This document shows positions 39,510-49,337 of a DNA stretch of 64,000 nt, one piece after another. Within the stretch, counting starts at the first letter, position 1; every line of letters starts with the position of its first letter. The DNA comes from an uncultured bacterium. GTDB lineage: Bacteria; Oederibacteriota; JAAXVQ01; JAUVAV01. Made by a program: the position numbers and the translations under genes. The notes below the pieces were generated by a model, which worked only from the letters and a program-made list of their open reading frames with translations, searched no databases and was not told the origin of the DNA. The stretch is from the NCBI GenBank assembly GCA_963710755.1, contig CAVQBK010000003.1, forward strand, positions 704,001-768,000, in the 5' to 3' direction.

Positions 39510-40796
39510 ATGCTCACCAATGCTGATAATCAACAGGTTTCCGGGCAAAAGGGATATTTTGAAAATGAAATACCTGCCAAAACCAAGGGGCAGGTCTGTG
39601 TCTTGATGGCCGTCAGACAGGCCGAAGGACTGGATCAGGGGCAAGCGGAGCGGCTCCGGTGTTTGGGCCTGCCTGTTATCCTGGTGCAGTATGGCGGCCA
39701 GGCGGGAGAGGAAACGATGTCCCGCTACGAGGGGATACCGTGGTGGGCCTTGACTTCGCCCAAGAGTAAAGGTAAAGGCGCGGCGCTCAACCTGGGCATG
39801 GAAAAAGGTCTGGCGTTGGGCTATGCTTATGCCTTAACTCTGGATGAGGACGAACCAATCGATGTCCATGAACTGGTGCGGTTTGTTCCGACCACTAGTC
39901 TGGGACGCAGCATGCGTCTGGGCGTAAGGACCAGCAGCGCTTTTTCCTATCATACCGGCAAAGCCGGTCTTCTTCGTTTATCCAATTTATTGTTTTGGCT
40001 GGAAACCGGTGTCCAGTGCCAGGATAGTCGCAGCAGTGTGCGTTTTTATCCACTGGCGGCCATGCGTCAATTAACCTACCGGTTTCATCATCGTGCCTGG
40101 GAAATCGAAGCCTTGGTGCGCGCTGTTTGGGGTGGGCTGAAAATTAAAGAGGTAACATTAAAAAGTTATCAAGTCCGGGATGAACCCACGCCCATCCGTA
40201 AATTAACGGACAGCCTGCGTCTGGTGGGTGTGCACGCTTATTTGATTGGCAGACGTATTTGGCCCTGGCCGTTTAAAGCCATTGTGGTCAAAGCACCGGA
40301 ACCCTGGCCGCAAACCTGGAAAGCCCGCCTGCGCTGGTTATGGTTTCGTTATTTTTGGCGCATGAATGCCACGCCCGCAGAAATTGCCTGGTCGGTGGGC
40401 GTAGGACTGTTTTGCGGGCTTTTGCCCAATTGGGGAACACATTCCCTGGTGGCGCTTTATCTGGCACAGCGTCTGCATTTGAACAAACTATTGGTATTAG
40501 CCAGCAGCCTGGTATCCCTGTCGCCGCTCTTGCCGTTGTTTCTTTATTTGGAATTATTGGTGGGTCATGGTTGGCTTACCGGGCAATGGCAAACCAAACT
40601 ATCCTGGGAACGGTTGACCTGGGCGGGGGTCCACGCTAAGATGCAGGAAATGTTGTTAGGCAGCGTCGTGGTGGCGTTGGTCACGGCCGTACTCAGTGGG
40701 CTGTTGCTTTACCTGGGATTGATCTGGGTGCGACGCCTGCGTTATCGAACCTTGAGCGCCAAGCGTAAACAAAGGATGATGGTTCATGAAAGTTAA
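39510..40796 (+). CDS. GT2 glycosyltransferase-like domain fused to a DUF2062 membrane domain (divergent)
   Basis: GKGAAL..G, D.RS..RFYPL and EIEALVRAVWGG motifs; TP.EIA.SVGVG.F.G..P.WG (DUF2062). Confidence 0.8.
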   Translation: MLTNADNQQVSGQKGYFENEIPAKTKGQVCVLMAVRQAEGLDQGQAERLRCLGLPVILVQYGGQAGEETMSRYEGIPWWALTSPKSKGKGAALNLGMEKGLALGYAYALTLDEDEPIDVHELVRFVPTTSLGRSMRLGVRTSSAFSYHTGKAGLLRLSNLLFWLETGVQCQDSRSSVRFYPLAAMRQLTYRFHHRAWEIEALVRAVWGGLKIKEVTLKSYQVRDEPTPIRKLTDSLRLVGVHAYLIGRRIWPWPFKAIVVKAPEPWPQTWKARLRWLWFRYFWRMNATPAEIAWSVGVGLFCGLLPNWGTHSLVALYLAQRLHLNKLLVLASSLVSLSPLLPLFLYLELLVGHGWLTGQWQTKLSWERLTWAGVHAKMQEMLLGSVVVALVTAVLSGLLLYLGLIWVRRLRYRTLSAKRKQRMMVHES

Positions 40797-42441
40797 AACA
40801 CCTGCACCATGGCGCTGGATTAGCTTGGCTGTCCTGACGGGTGTAATGGGGGCTTTGCTTCATTGGGGCGTGCTGGCGTTCCTGGCGCCAGGGCCGGCAC
40901 CAGTGGTTCTACCCTTGGAAGTAGTACAAACCGCAACGACGTCAGGCGCGGAGAAAAGTACCCGTTTGGACCTGAGCTATCAATTTGAGAAGCAAGGGTT
41001 AAAGGCCTGTTGGCTGCAAGGCCCGGCCGCGGTCCGAGGAGCCGCCTTGGCCTCCTTTTATGGCCAAGACATTGTACAAATGGTAGAGCTGACGGGCCAT
41101 CTGGAACCATCCGCCCACCCCTGGGGGGTGAAGCATTATGTGAAAGCACGCTGGCGTTTATGGACCAATCGCCGCTGGTTGTCTTCTTTTCCATCTGAGG
41201 TGGTTCAGGAAATGAGCGGCTTTAGCCTGGTCGAAGCGTCTACCACATGGACGCGGCGGCGACTGTTTAACCGGCTCCTAGGTGCGCAACTTATGTGGGA
41301 ACGTCTGAAAAGTAATCAGCATTTCTCCTGGCTTCGTGGCAGTGCTTTTGGTGTGGCTTCCACCCGTCGTTCCCAACCTGTGTGGATGGCCAGAAATTTT
41401 GACTTTGAAAAAGCGGCCCCAATGGAAACGCACAAACTGGTAATGCTTAATCATCCTGACCAGGGCTACGCTTATCTTTCCGTGACCTGGCCCGGCCAAG
41501 TAGGTGTAGTGACGGGCATGAATGAAAAAGGGCTGGGTATTGCCTTGCTTGCCGCCAGCACCCGCTCCAGCAGCGGGCAGGGCATGCCGGCCACCTTGTT
41601 GGCCAGATTGGTGATGACTCAGGCCGGATCTTTGCAGGAAGCTGTGGCGATTATTAAAGCTCATTCTATTAGACGGGCCACCTCTTTTTTTCTGGGTTCA
41701 GGAACAGAAAATCGTTTTGTGGTGGTGGAAAAGGATCCCAAACAAACGGTTCTGCGTGGGATGCATTATAATATCCTGGTGGCGACCAATCACTTTCTTT
41801 CTCCGGGATTTGAGGTGTTGTCGCCCAAACCCCGTCATTATTTAAGCAGCCGGGCGCGGTATCGGCGGCTTTTGGAATTGGTACTCAGGTACAAATCCCA
41901 TATGAATGTTCAGCGGGCCGCGAACATCCTCAGGGACCGCGCCGGGGTTCATGAACTTCCCCTGGGGACTGGGCATGCTTTTGCCATCAACAATTTCAAG
42001 ACCATCCACAGTGTGATTTTTGACCTTAGCAGCCTGACCGCGTGGGTGGCCACCTCTCCCTATCACTTGGGGCCTTATGTGCCCTTCTCCATGAAAGCTT
42101 TTGTACCTGGTCAGGAGCAGCCGGCCGTGGCCGCTGATCCTGCCATGAAAGCCGACCGGTATAAAACGTTTTTACTCTATCAATTAGGTTTCAAGGAAGC
42201 CAAACGATTGCTGCAAAAAGGCCAAGCCCAGGAAGCCTTGGCCTGGATCCAGGAAATGCAACCCCTGAATGAACGGGATTATAAGCTCTATTTGCTCGCT
42301 GCCCGGGCCCTGAAAAAATTACATCGTCGCGACGAAGCGCTGTACAACTTGTATCAGGCTCAACGGCTGCATCCTGCTACTCTGCAGGATAAACAAGCGG
42401 TGGAAAAAATGATCACGGCGCTGGAGTCCCAATCTTTTTAA
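40786..42441 (+). CDS. Peptidase C45 (Ntn-hydrolase) family-like protein with C-terminal TPR
   Basis: ARNFDF, VTWPG.VGV.TGMNEKGL, ATNHF, SRARY.RL and HSVIFD motifs; N-terminal TM helix. Confidence 0.85.
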   Translation: MKVKTPAPWRWISLAVLTGVMGALLHWGVLAFLAPGPAPVVLPLEVVQTATTSGAEKSTRLDLSYQFEKQGLKACWLQGPAAVRGAALASFYGQDIVQMVELTGHLEPSAHPWGVKHYVKARWRLWTNRRWLSSFPSEVVQEMSGFSLVEASTTWTRRRLFNRLLGAQLMWERLKSNQHFSWLRGSAFGVASTRRSQPVWMARNFDFEKAAPMETHKLVMLNHPDQGYAYLSVTWPGQVGVVTGMNEKGLGIALLAASTRSSSGQGMPATLLARLVMTQAGSLQEAVAIIKAHSIRRATSFFLGSGTENRFVVVEKDPKQTVLRGMHYNILVATNHFLSPGFEVLSPKPRHYLSSRARYRRLLELVLRYKSHMNVQRAANILRDRAGVHELPLGTGHAFAINNFKTIHSVIFDLSSLTAWVATSPYHLGPYVPFSMKAFVPGQEQPAVAADPAMKADRYKTFLLYQLGFKEAKRLLQKGQAQEALAWIQEMQPLNERDYKLYLLAARALKKLHRRDEALYNLYQAQRLHPATLQDKQAVEKMITALESQSF

Positions 42442-42477
42442 AAGTGACGCTGAAATAGTCCAATCGTTGTTTTTCGA

Positions 42478-42505
42478 TTGCTTCTTGAAGAAAACCCCTT
42501 ATAAT
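42478..42505 (+). promoter_or_regulatory. Sigma70-type promoter about 180 nt upstream of mnmA
   Basis: TTGCTT-N16-TATAAT. Confidence 0.5.
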
Positions 42506-42683
42506 GCCAAACGTGTCGAGGAATACCTTGAAAAGATACATCACCCATCAAAGCGACACAGGATTTACCAAGGCAAGTATGAATGGGAAAAATTTATCAT
42601 CAACCTGGTTAATCATTGGCTGAGCCCTTTGAGGACTCGTGTCGTCCTGGTGTATCGTTCAAAGACCTTCAGGAAACAGGATC

Positions 42684-43805
42684 ATGAAAATTGCAGTAGC
42701 GTTATCAGGCGGCGTGGATTCCACGGCCGTGGCTTATCAATTGAAAAAGGAAGGCCATGAAGTGGTGGGCCTAACCATGCGGTTATGTCCCGATGTAAGC
42801 GGCCTTCCTGATACCTCCAAGTCCATCCACCGGGCCCGACCCGGTTTGGCAGAGCATGGGTGCACCCAATGCATCGCGCCCTGTGCCTGTGTGGATGGCC
42901 GTCATTGTGCCCGGGAATTGGGCATACGCCATGAAATTATTGATTTACGTGATCAGTTTGAACAGCAGGTGATCACTCCTTTTGTGGAGGCCTTTGTGGC
43001 CGGCATCACGCCCAATCCTTGCGCGTGGTGCAACCGTGCCATGAAATTTGGGGCCTTGCTGGAGGTGGCCCTCGACCTGGGATGCGACCGCTTGGCCACC
43101 GGACATTATGCCCGCTTAGACTATGACCAACATGGGGCCTATGTGACCCGGGCGGCCGACCAAAGCAAAGATCAGACTTATTTTATGGCCCTGGTGCCCA
43201 GAGCACGGTTTCAATACGCCTTGTTTCCCCTGGGGGACAAGACCAAACAAATTGTCCAATCGCATATGTCCCAAGCAGGTCTTATTGAGCAGGATCAGGA
43301 AACCAGTACGGAAATATGCTTTTTACGGGAAAGGTCCTATACCGAGTTTATCAAGGAACGTTATCCCAATGCTTTTACGCCCGGCCCCATTGTGGATCAG
43401 CAAGGACGGATTCTGGGTGAACACAAAGGGCTGCCCGCTTATACTATCGGCCAGCGCAAAGGTTTGGGGGTAGCCGCAGCGCATCCTTTGTATGTGCTGC
43501 GGCTGGAACCGGACTCCAACGAGTTGGTGGTGGGTCCCGATGAGGAACTATGGACCCGGTCGGTTGATGTGGATACCGTGAACTGGATGGACGCCCTGCC
43601 TGATCAACCTCTGGCGGTCCAGGCCCTCATTCGTTATCGTCAGCGTCCAGTGCCGGCCATGCTGACCGCGACAGCGGCGCAGACATTTTCTCTGGTTTTT
43701 GACCAACCGGTGCGGGCCGTGACCCCCGGGCAGGTGGCCGCGGTCTTTGACCAGGACAAGCTTCTGGCCGGCGGTCTGATCAAGCGGCCTGACCCGGGTG
43801 GCTGA
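42684..43805 (+). CDS. mnmA: tRNA 2-thiouridylase
   Basis: ALSGGVDS, TPNPCAWCN, ATGHYA, KDQTYF, EICF, YTIGQRKGLG and TPGQ motifs. Confidence 0.96.
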   Translation: MKIAVALSGGVDSTAVAYQLKKEGHEVVGLTMRLCPDVSGLPDTSKSIHRARPGLAEHGCTQCIAPCACVDGRHCARELGIRHEIIDLRDQFEQQVITPFVEAFVAGITPNPCAWCNRAMKFGALLEVALDLGCDRLATGHYARLDYDQHGAYVTRAADQSKDQTYFMALVPRARFQYALFPLGDKTKQIVQSHMSQAGLIEQDQETSTEICFLRERSYTEFIKERYPNAFTPGPIVDQQGRILGEHKGLPAYTIGQRKGLGVAAAHPLYVLRLEPDSNELVVGPDEELWTRSVDVDTVNWMDALPDQPLAVQALIRYRQRPVPAMLTATAAQTFSLVFDQPVRAVTPGQVAAVFDQDKLLAGGLIKRPDPGG

Positions 43806-43885
43806 GTGACCAACCAATCAGTTCTTGCCGCGAAAAGAAGTCTTTTCGCAACCAGAACTACGTAGAATACGGGGTTAATTCAAAT

Positions 43886-45037
43886 ATGACTGCCAAGAGA
43901 AAATTAATTGTGATCGGGGCTTCCACGGGCACTCTTAGCCTAGTGCAACGGTTGCATGAGAAATGGCCCGGCACTTTGGAGATCACGGTGCTTAATAGTC
44001 AGCCCTTTTGGTTCCACGAGTTTATGGCCTTGGAGGCCCTGAGCGGCACCTATGGGTTACGGGATATCAAGGTGGATCTGGAACCTCTGCTGAGAGCGTG
44101 GAAGGCCGACTTTCTGCAAGATAAACTGGCCTCCTTGTTGCCAAGTCAGCAAAAAGTATTAACCGAGAGCGGCCGTTTGCTGTCCTACGATGTTCTTCTT
44201 TTTGATGCCTGGCCGGAAGTGGCCTGTCCCAGTCCGGACATTCCTGTGGTTGGCCATTATTTTCTAAAACCCAGTTATGCAGTTCTGGAAATCGTCAATG
44301 AACTGGAAACTCTTTTGGAACTGGAACAGCCGGGCAAAATTGAAATCGTGATTCTTGGCGGGAGTGCAACCGGCGTGGTGGCGGCCCTGCAGCTGGAGGC
44401 CTGGCTGCGCACCAGACGCCATCCCCATACCTGGTCCATCACCATGATTGAAGAACGTTCCCGACTTCTGCCGCACTGGCCGGAGCAGGCCGCTGAGATC
44501 ACGGCGCGCTTTTGCAGGATGGGCGGAATTTCGGTATTGACGGACAGTGCGGTGGAGCATGTGCAATCTAACCGGGTCGTCATGAACCAAGGCCGCACTG
44601 TGCCTTTTGATCTGGCCGTGAGGACTTATCCGGAGTGTGAACGATGGGTGTTTGAAAAAATGAGTCTTCCTACGGATGATGACGGCCGCGTCCGCACCAA
44701 TGCGATGGATCAGGTGGAGGGATTTCCGGCTATTTTTAGCATGGGCGAAAGCAGTCATGGAAGCACCCACTGGCCGGTCTCCGGGTCGAAGGATATTAAG
44801 CTGGTGGCCCGGAATCTCATGGCTTTTTTGGAAGGTCAAAAGTTAAGGCCGCGACCAAGGAAAAAGCCGGCTGCGCAGATGCTGCCCCTGGACAAGGTCT
44901 TTGCGATGATAGTCAGAGGGAAAAAAGCAATTTATGGCCGATGGTGTCTAAAAATGCTGCATTGGCAACAACAGCGGGCCATGAAGAAATGGCATGAGCT
45001 TGAGCGAGCGGGTGCGGCTAAACTAAAGGAAAGTTAA
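43886..45037 (+). CDS. NAD(P)/FAD-dependent oxidoreductase-like protein (NDH-2/Pyr_redox_2, divergent)
   Basis: LIVIGA, LSYDVL, IVILGG..TGV..A, TDDDGRV and IFSMGE layout; the Gly motifs are degenerate. Confidence 0.7.
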   Translation: MTAKRKLIVIGASTGTLSLVQRLHEKWPGTLEITVLNSQPFWFHEFMALEALSGTYGLRDIKVDLEPLLRAWKADFLQDKLASLLPSQQKVLTESGRLLSYDVLLFDAWPEVACPSPDIPVVGHYFLKPSYAVLEIVNELETLLELEQPGKIEIVILGGSATGVVAALQLEAWLRTRRHPHTWSITMIEERSRLLPHWPEQAAEITARFCRMGGISVLTDSAVEHVQSNRVVMNQGRTVPFDLAVRTYPECERWVFEKMSLPTDDDGRVRTNAMDQVEGFPAIFSMGESSHGSTHWPVSGSKDIKLVARNLMAFLEGQKLRPRPRKKPAAQMLPLDKVFAMIVRGKKAIYGRWCLKMLHWQQQRAMKKWHELERAGAAKLKES

Positions 45038-45066
45038 TGTAACCAAGGAGAAAAAAGAGGCTGCCT

Positions 45067-47955
45067 ATGGCATTGGATAAGATTATTATTAAAGGAGCCC
45101 GGGAACATAATTTGAAAAATGTGGATGTGGTCATCCCCCGGGACCAATTGGTGGTGATTACCGGACTTTCGGGTTCAGGCAAATCATCGTTGGCTTTTGA
45201 TACCATTTATGCTGAGGGCCAGCGGCGGTATGTGGAAAGTCTGTCCGCTTACGCACGGCAATTTTTGGGTCAAATGGAAAAACCCGATGTGGACAGTATT
45301 GAAGGTCTGTCTCCGGCGATTGCCATTGAGCAAAAAAGCGGCTCCAAAAATCCGCGTTCCACGGTGGGGACCGTCACGGAAATTTATGATCATTTGCGGT
45401 TGCTGTTTGCACGGCTGGGCGAACCTCATTGCCCGCAGTGCGGCCGGCCGATTCAAAAACAAACCGTTCAGGAAATGGTGGACCAAATCCTGGCGCTGCC
45501 CCTCAATAGCCGCCTTATGCTGCTGGCGCCGGTGGTCCAATCCCGTAAAGGCGAGTATAAAAAACTTTTCACTGATTTAAAACGGGAAGGTTATGTGCGT
45601 GTCCGGGTGGACGGTGAAGTCCATGATTTGGATGACTCTATTGTTCTGGATAAAAAGAAGAAACATGATGTGGAAGTGGTGGTTGACCGTCTGGTGGTAA
45701 AACCGGAAATCAGCCGGCGTTTGGCTGATTCCTTGGAAACGGCTTTGAAAAAAGGTGAAGGTAATGTTTTGGTCATGCAATTGGACAAGGATTTGTCCAA
45801 GCAGGAGAAAAAAAGCCATCAGCGGGCGGCGCGCGATGAGCGCACATTGGTGTTCTCCGCCAACTATGCCTGCCCCCATTGCGGTCTTTCCTTCGAAGAG
45901 TTGGAACCGCGTATGTTCTCTTTCAACTCGCCGCAAGGCGCCTGTCCGGCTTGTACCGGGCTGGGCATGAAAATGGAAGTGGATCCTGAATTGGTGGTCG
46001 ATCCTGACCTGAGTCTGGACCGAGGTGCCATTATCCCCTGGAATTCCCAAACGGCGCATGTATATCAATCCATGTTGAAATCAGTGGCCAAGCATTTCGA
46101 TTTTTCTATGCATGTGCCTTGGAAAAATCTGCGTAGCGAGCATAAAAAAATCATCCTTTATGGGTCCGGCGAGGAGCGGCTGCCTTTTAATTTTCGCGGC
46201 AGCGATTCTTCCTACAACTACACGGGCGTGTTTGAAGGGGTCATTCCCAGAACAGAACGGATCTATAAGGAAACCGAGTCGGATTATATCCGTGATGATA
46301 TTGCCGACCACTATATGCGCATTAAAACCTGTACCAGTTGCGGCGGCCGGCGGTTGCGGCCCGAGAGCCTGGCTGTACTGATCAGGCAGAAAAATATTAT
46401 TCAAATTACTGAAATGACCATAAGTGAAGCCAAGATTTTTTTCGAGGCCATGGAACTGACCCGGCGTGAGGAGAAAATCGGGCATCAGTTAATTAAGGAG
46501 ATTAAATCGCGGCTCACTTTTTTGTCCAACGTGGGGTTAGATTACCTTACCCTGGACCGCACCACAGGTACGCTTTCCGGCGGGGAAGCTCAGCGTATCC
46601 ATCTAGCCACGCAAATCGGGTCGTCACTGGTGGGGGTGCTTTATATTCTGGATGAACCTTCCATTGGTCTGCACCAACGGGACAACCAGCGCCTGCTTAA
46701 CACCCTGCGCCATTTGCAGCAACTGGGCAATACCGTTTTGGTCGTGGAGCATGATGAAGAAACCATGATCCAGGCCGACCACTTGATCGACATTGGTCCT
46801 GGAGCCGGTATTCATGGCGGCATCATTGTGGCCCAGGGCACACCCAAAGAAGTGATGGCCAATGCCCAATCGCTTACAGGCCAGTATCTCTCGGGTGTAC
46901 TTAAGGTTCCTGTTCCTGAGCAACGCCGGCCGTCCAACGGTCAGGTGCTGAGCCTGGCAGGTGCTCAAACCAATAACTTAAAGTCCGTTTCCGTCACCAT
47001 GCCCCTGGGGACCTTTATCTGCGTTACCGGTGTGTCGGGCTCGGGAAAAAGTTCGCTGATCCAGGAGACTTTGGAACCGGCCCTGCGTCATGCGGTTTAT
47101 CATGGCCGCATTAAACCTCCTGGCTATAAAAATCTGCAGGGGGCGGAAAACTTGGACAAGGTGATTGACATTGACCAGTCGCCCATTGGCCGCACGCCCC
47201 GGTCCAATCCCGCCACGTATACTGGGGCCTTTAATGAGATTCGCGATTTATTTGCCAATACGCAGGAGGCTAAACGGCGGGGCTATAAACCAGGACGTTT
47301 CTCCTTCAATGTCAGGGGCGGTCGCTGTGAAGCCTGTGACGGCGACGGCATCATTAAGATTGAAATGCATTTTTTACCCGATGTTTATGTTCCTTGTGAA
47401 ATCTGCAAGGGAAAACGCTATAACCGCGAGACCTTGGAAGTGACTTATAAGGGCAAGACCATTGCCGATGTGCTGGATATGATCGTGGATGAAGCCTTGA
47501 TGTTTTTTGAGGCTATTCCCAAATTAAAACGTATTCTGCAAACCATCAGTGATGTGGGCCTGGGCTATATTAAGCTGGGGCAATCAGCCACCACTTTGTC
47601 CGGCGGCGAAGCCCAACGGCTGAAATTATCTTCAGAACTGGGGAAAAAATCCACGGGCAGGACTTTATACATTCTGGATGAACCCACCACGGGCCTGCAT
47701 TTCGCTGATGTGCAAAAACTGCTCGATGTTCTGGGCCGGCTGGTGGATGCCGGCAATACGGTGATTGTGGTGGAACATAATTTGGATGTGATCAAATCCG
47801 CTGATTTTGTCCTTGATCTGGGGCCTGAGGGTGGCAACCAAGGCGGAGAAGTGGTGGCCTTTGGAAGGCCTGAAGACATTGTCAAGGAAAAGCGTTCTTA
47901 TACAGGGCAGTACTTAAAAAACTTATTGGCCGAAGCAAAGGCGCAGCTGGTCTGA
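45067..47955 (+). CDS. uvrA: Excinuclease ABC subunit A
   Basis: GAREHNLKN, two Walker A motifs ([16 protein letters not shown]), LSGGEAQR twice, zinc fingers. Confidence 0.99.
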   Translation: MALDKIIIKGAREHNLKNVDVVIPRDQLVVITGLSGSGKSSLAFDTIYAEGQRRYVESLSAYARQFLGQMEKPDVDSIEGLSPAIAIEQKSGSKNPRSTVGTVTEIYDHLRLLFARLGEPHCPQCGRPIQKQTVQEMVDQILALPLNSRLMLLAPVVQSRKGEYKKLFTDLKREGYVRVRVDGEVHDLDDSIVLDKKKKHDVEVVVDRLVVKPEISRRLADSLETALKKGEGNVLVMQLDKDLSKQEKKSHQRAARDERTLVFSANYACPHCGLSFEELEPRMFSFNSPQGACPACTGLGMKMEVDPELVVDPDLSLDRGAIIPWNSQTAHVYQSMLKSVAKHFDFSMHVPWKNLRSEHKKIILYGSGEERLPFNFRGSDSSYNYTGVFEGVIPRTERIYKETESDYIRDDIADHYMRIKTCTSCGGRRLRPESLAVLIRQKNIIQITEMTISEAKIFFEAMELTRREEKIGHQLIKEIKSRLTFLSNVGLDYLTLDRTTGTLSGGEAQRIHLATQIGSSLVGVLYILDEPSIGLHQRDNQRLLNTLRHLQQLGNTVLVVEHDEETMIQADHLIDIGPGAGIHGGIIVAQGTPKEVMANAQSLTGQYLSGVLKVPVPEQRRPSNGQVLSLAGAQTNNLKSVSVTMPLGTFICVTGVSGSGKSSLIQETLEPALRHAVYHGRIKPPGYKNLQGAENLDKVIDIDQSPIGRTPRSNPATYTGAFNEIRDLFANTQEAKRRGYKPGRFSFNVRGGRCEACDGDGIIKIEMHFLPDVYVPCEICKGKRYNRETLEVTYKGKTIADVLDMIVDEALMFFEAIPKLKRILQTISDVGLGYIKLGQSATTLSGGEAQRLKLSSELGKKSTGRTLYILDEPTTGLHFADVQKLLDVLGRLVDAGNTVIVVEHNLDVIKSADFVLDLGPEGGNQGGEVVAFGRPEDIVKEKRSYTGQYLKNLLAEAKAQLV

Positions 47956-48046
47956 TTTCAGTTGGAACGATTTTTAGGCTATGCTATACTCGGCTTGTTT
48001 AAGCCTGGGATAAAAAGAGTTAGAACATCCCGTTTTTTGGTGAGGG

Positions 48047-48400
48047 ATGGAGGCCATGGTGAAAATAGACACAGCATTGGAAAACTTCATGACTGAAATT
48101 ATTGGGTCATTGTTAATGTGGGAATTGGTGGTGTTTATCGCGACCAATCCCGGCATTGCCGACAATGCCGATGGGATCGCCGGCCGGTTGGGCCGGCGGC
48201 GCAAAGATATTGTGCATTTGCTTGATCAATTATGCACTCATCAAATCCTGAAAAAATGGGGAGATCCTTCCGATCCGGTATATGCTTATCATCCGTCGCC
48301 CACCTTGGCCAAGACCATCGAGCATTTTTTAGAAGTTAATGCTGAAAAAGATGGTCGGCTGTTAATTTGGAGCCAGCTGTTAAAACAAGGGGTACGCTAA
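48047..48400 (+). CDS. Small winged-helix-like hypothetical protein
   Basis: GIAGRLGR...V..LLDQL....IL followed by a wing-like VYAY. Confidence 0.55.
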   Translation: MEAMVKIDTALENFMTEIIGSLLMWELVVFIATNPGIADNADGIAGRLGRRRKDIVHLLDQLCTHQILKKWGDPSDPVYAYHPSPTLAKTIEHFLEVNAEKDGRLLIWSQLLKQGVR

Positions 48401-48446
48401 ACCCGGGCTTCCAAATTAAGAACCAAAGGAGCAGGAGAATAAGCAG

Positions 48447-49238
48447 TTGGGAATATATGAGATTCAATTGAAAAATTTTTCCTGGCCCGGCCATCTGCAG
48501 TTAGGAGACCTCGAGATGGAAGGCCGGTGGCTGCGTTGCCGCTGTGAGGAAGACCAAAACGCGTTATCCCGGATGAATAACTTGCTGGAGTTGATGGAGT
48601 TTTATAACGAGCAGGGCATTAGGTTTGAGGAAAAATCGGCGCGGGGCTTTACCCGAATAAAAGCACAGCGTAGGCCCCTGACGGATAGCAAGGTACCGCT
48701 GACGGCCACACCGGCAGCTTTGGAGCATTTTTTACAACAAGCCTATGGCCGTTACCGTGATCAAGCTTACCGGCAGCAAACCGGCGTACATTGGGGGCTG
48801 GCGTATTACCTGTCGGCTTCGAACATTACCCTTTTGCAAACCCGTTTTTTATGTTTGTTTTCAGCCTTTGAGTTAATTCTGGCCCATGTCACCCCGCCGG
48901 CAGCTGAAGGTCCCCTGGCGGGCCTGATTTTTGCGGTAAAATCCATTCCCAGTATTCCTTCCAAAACACGCGATGTGGCCGCTGCCCGTCTGGCAGCGCC
49001 CAATTTAGCGGAACGGATGATTGAATTTGTCCGCCTCAGTGGTATTAAAGGAGTAACCTTTCAGCCTGGCCATGAAGAGTTGTACCGGTTTGACGAATTG
49101 TTAAGATTAAGGGAAGAATTCTCCAAAAAAGGCTTTTCGCCGCGCTATGACTTAGATGATCGCCAGCTGTCTTTTTACGGGGAGCAATTAAAAAAACTGG
49201 TGCGCGAAAGCATTATCCTGCTTCTGACCAGATTATAG
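48447..49238 (+). CDS. Hypothetical protein, ApeA/HEPN-like
   Basis: AGGAG RBS before TTG; YYL.A......RFL.LFSAFELI and L.RLREEFSKKG helical pattern. Confidence 0.5.
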   Translation: MGIYEIQLKNFSWPGHLQLGDLEMEGRWLRCRCEEDQNALSRMNNLLELMEFYNEQGIRFEEKSARGFTRIKAQRRPLTDSKVPLTATPAALEHFLQQAYGRYRDQAYRQQTGVHWGLAYYLSASNITLLQTRFLCLFSAFELILAHVTPPAAEGPLAGLIFAVKSIPSIPSKTRDVAAARLAAPNLAERMIEFVRLSGIKGVTFQPGHEELYRFDELLRLREEFSKKGFSPRYDLDDRQLSFYGEQLKKLVRESIILLLTRL

Positions 49239-49337
49239 GACCATGTCAATGCTGCGGCCCTTGCCAAAGCAACTCAAAATAAAATATCCCTCAATGAATT
49301 GCAGGAAATTCGAGAGGTAGGCGTTAAGGAAATTATT

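Noticed and set aside
42467-42760. 97-aa TTG-start ORF
   Set aside because: Overlaps mnmA and a promoter, has no RBS or motif; better explained as a non-coding leader
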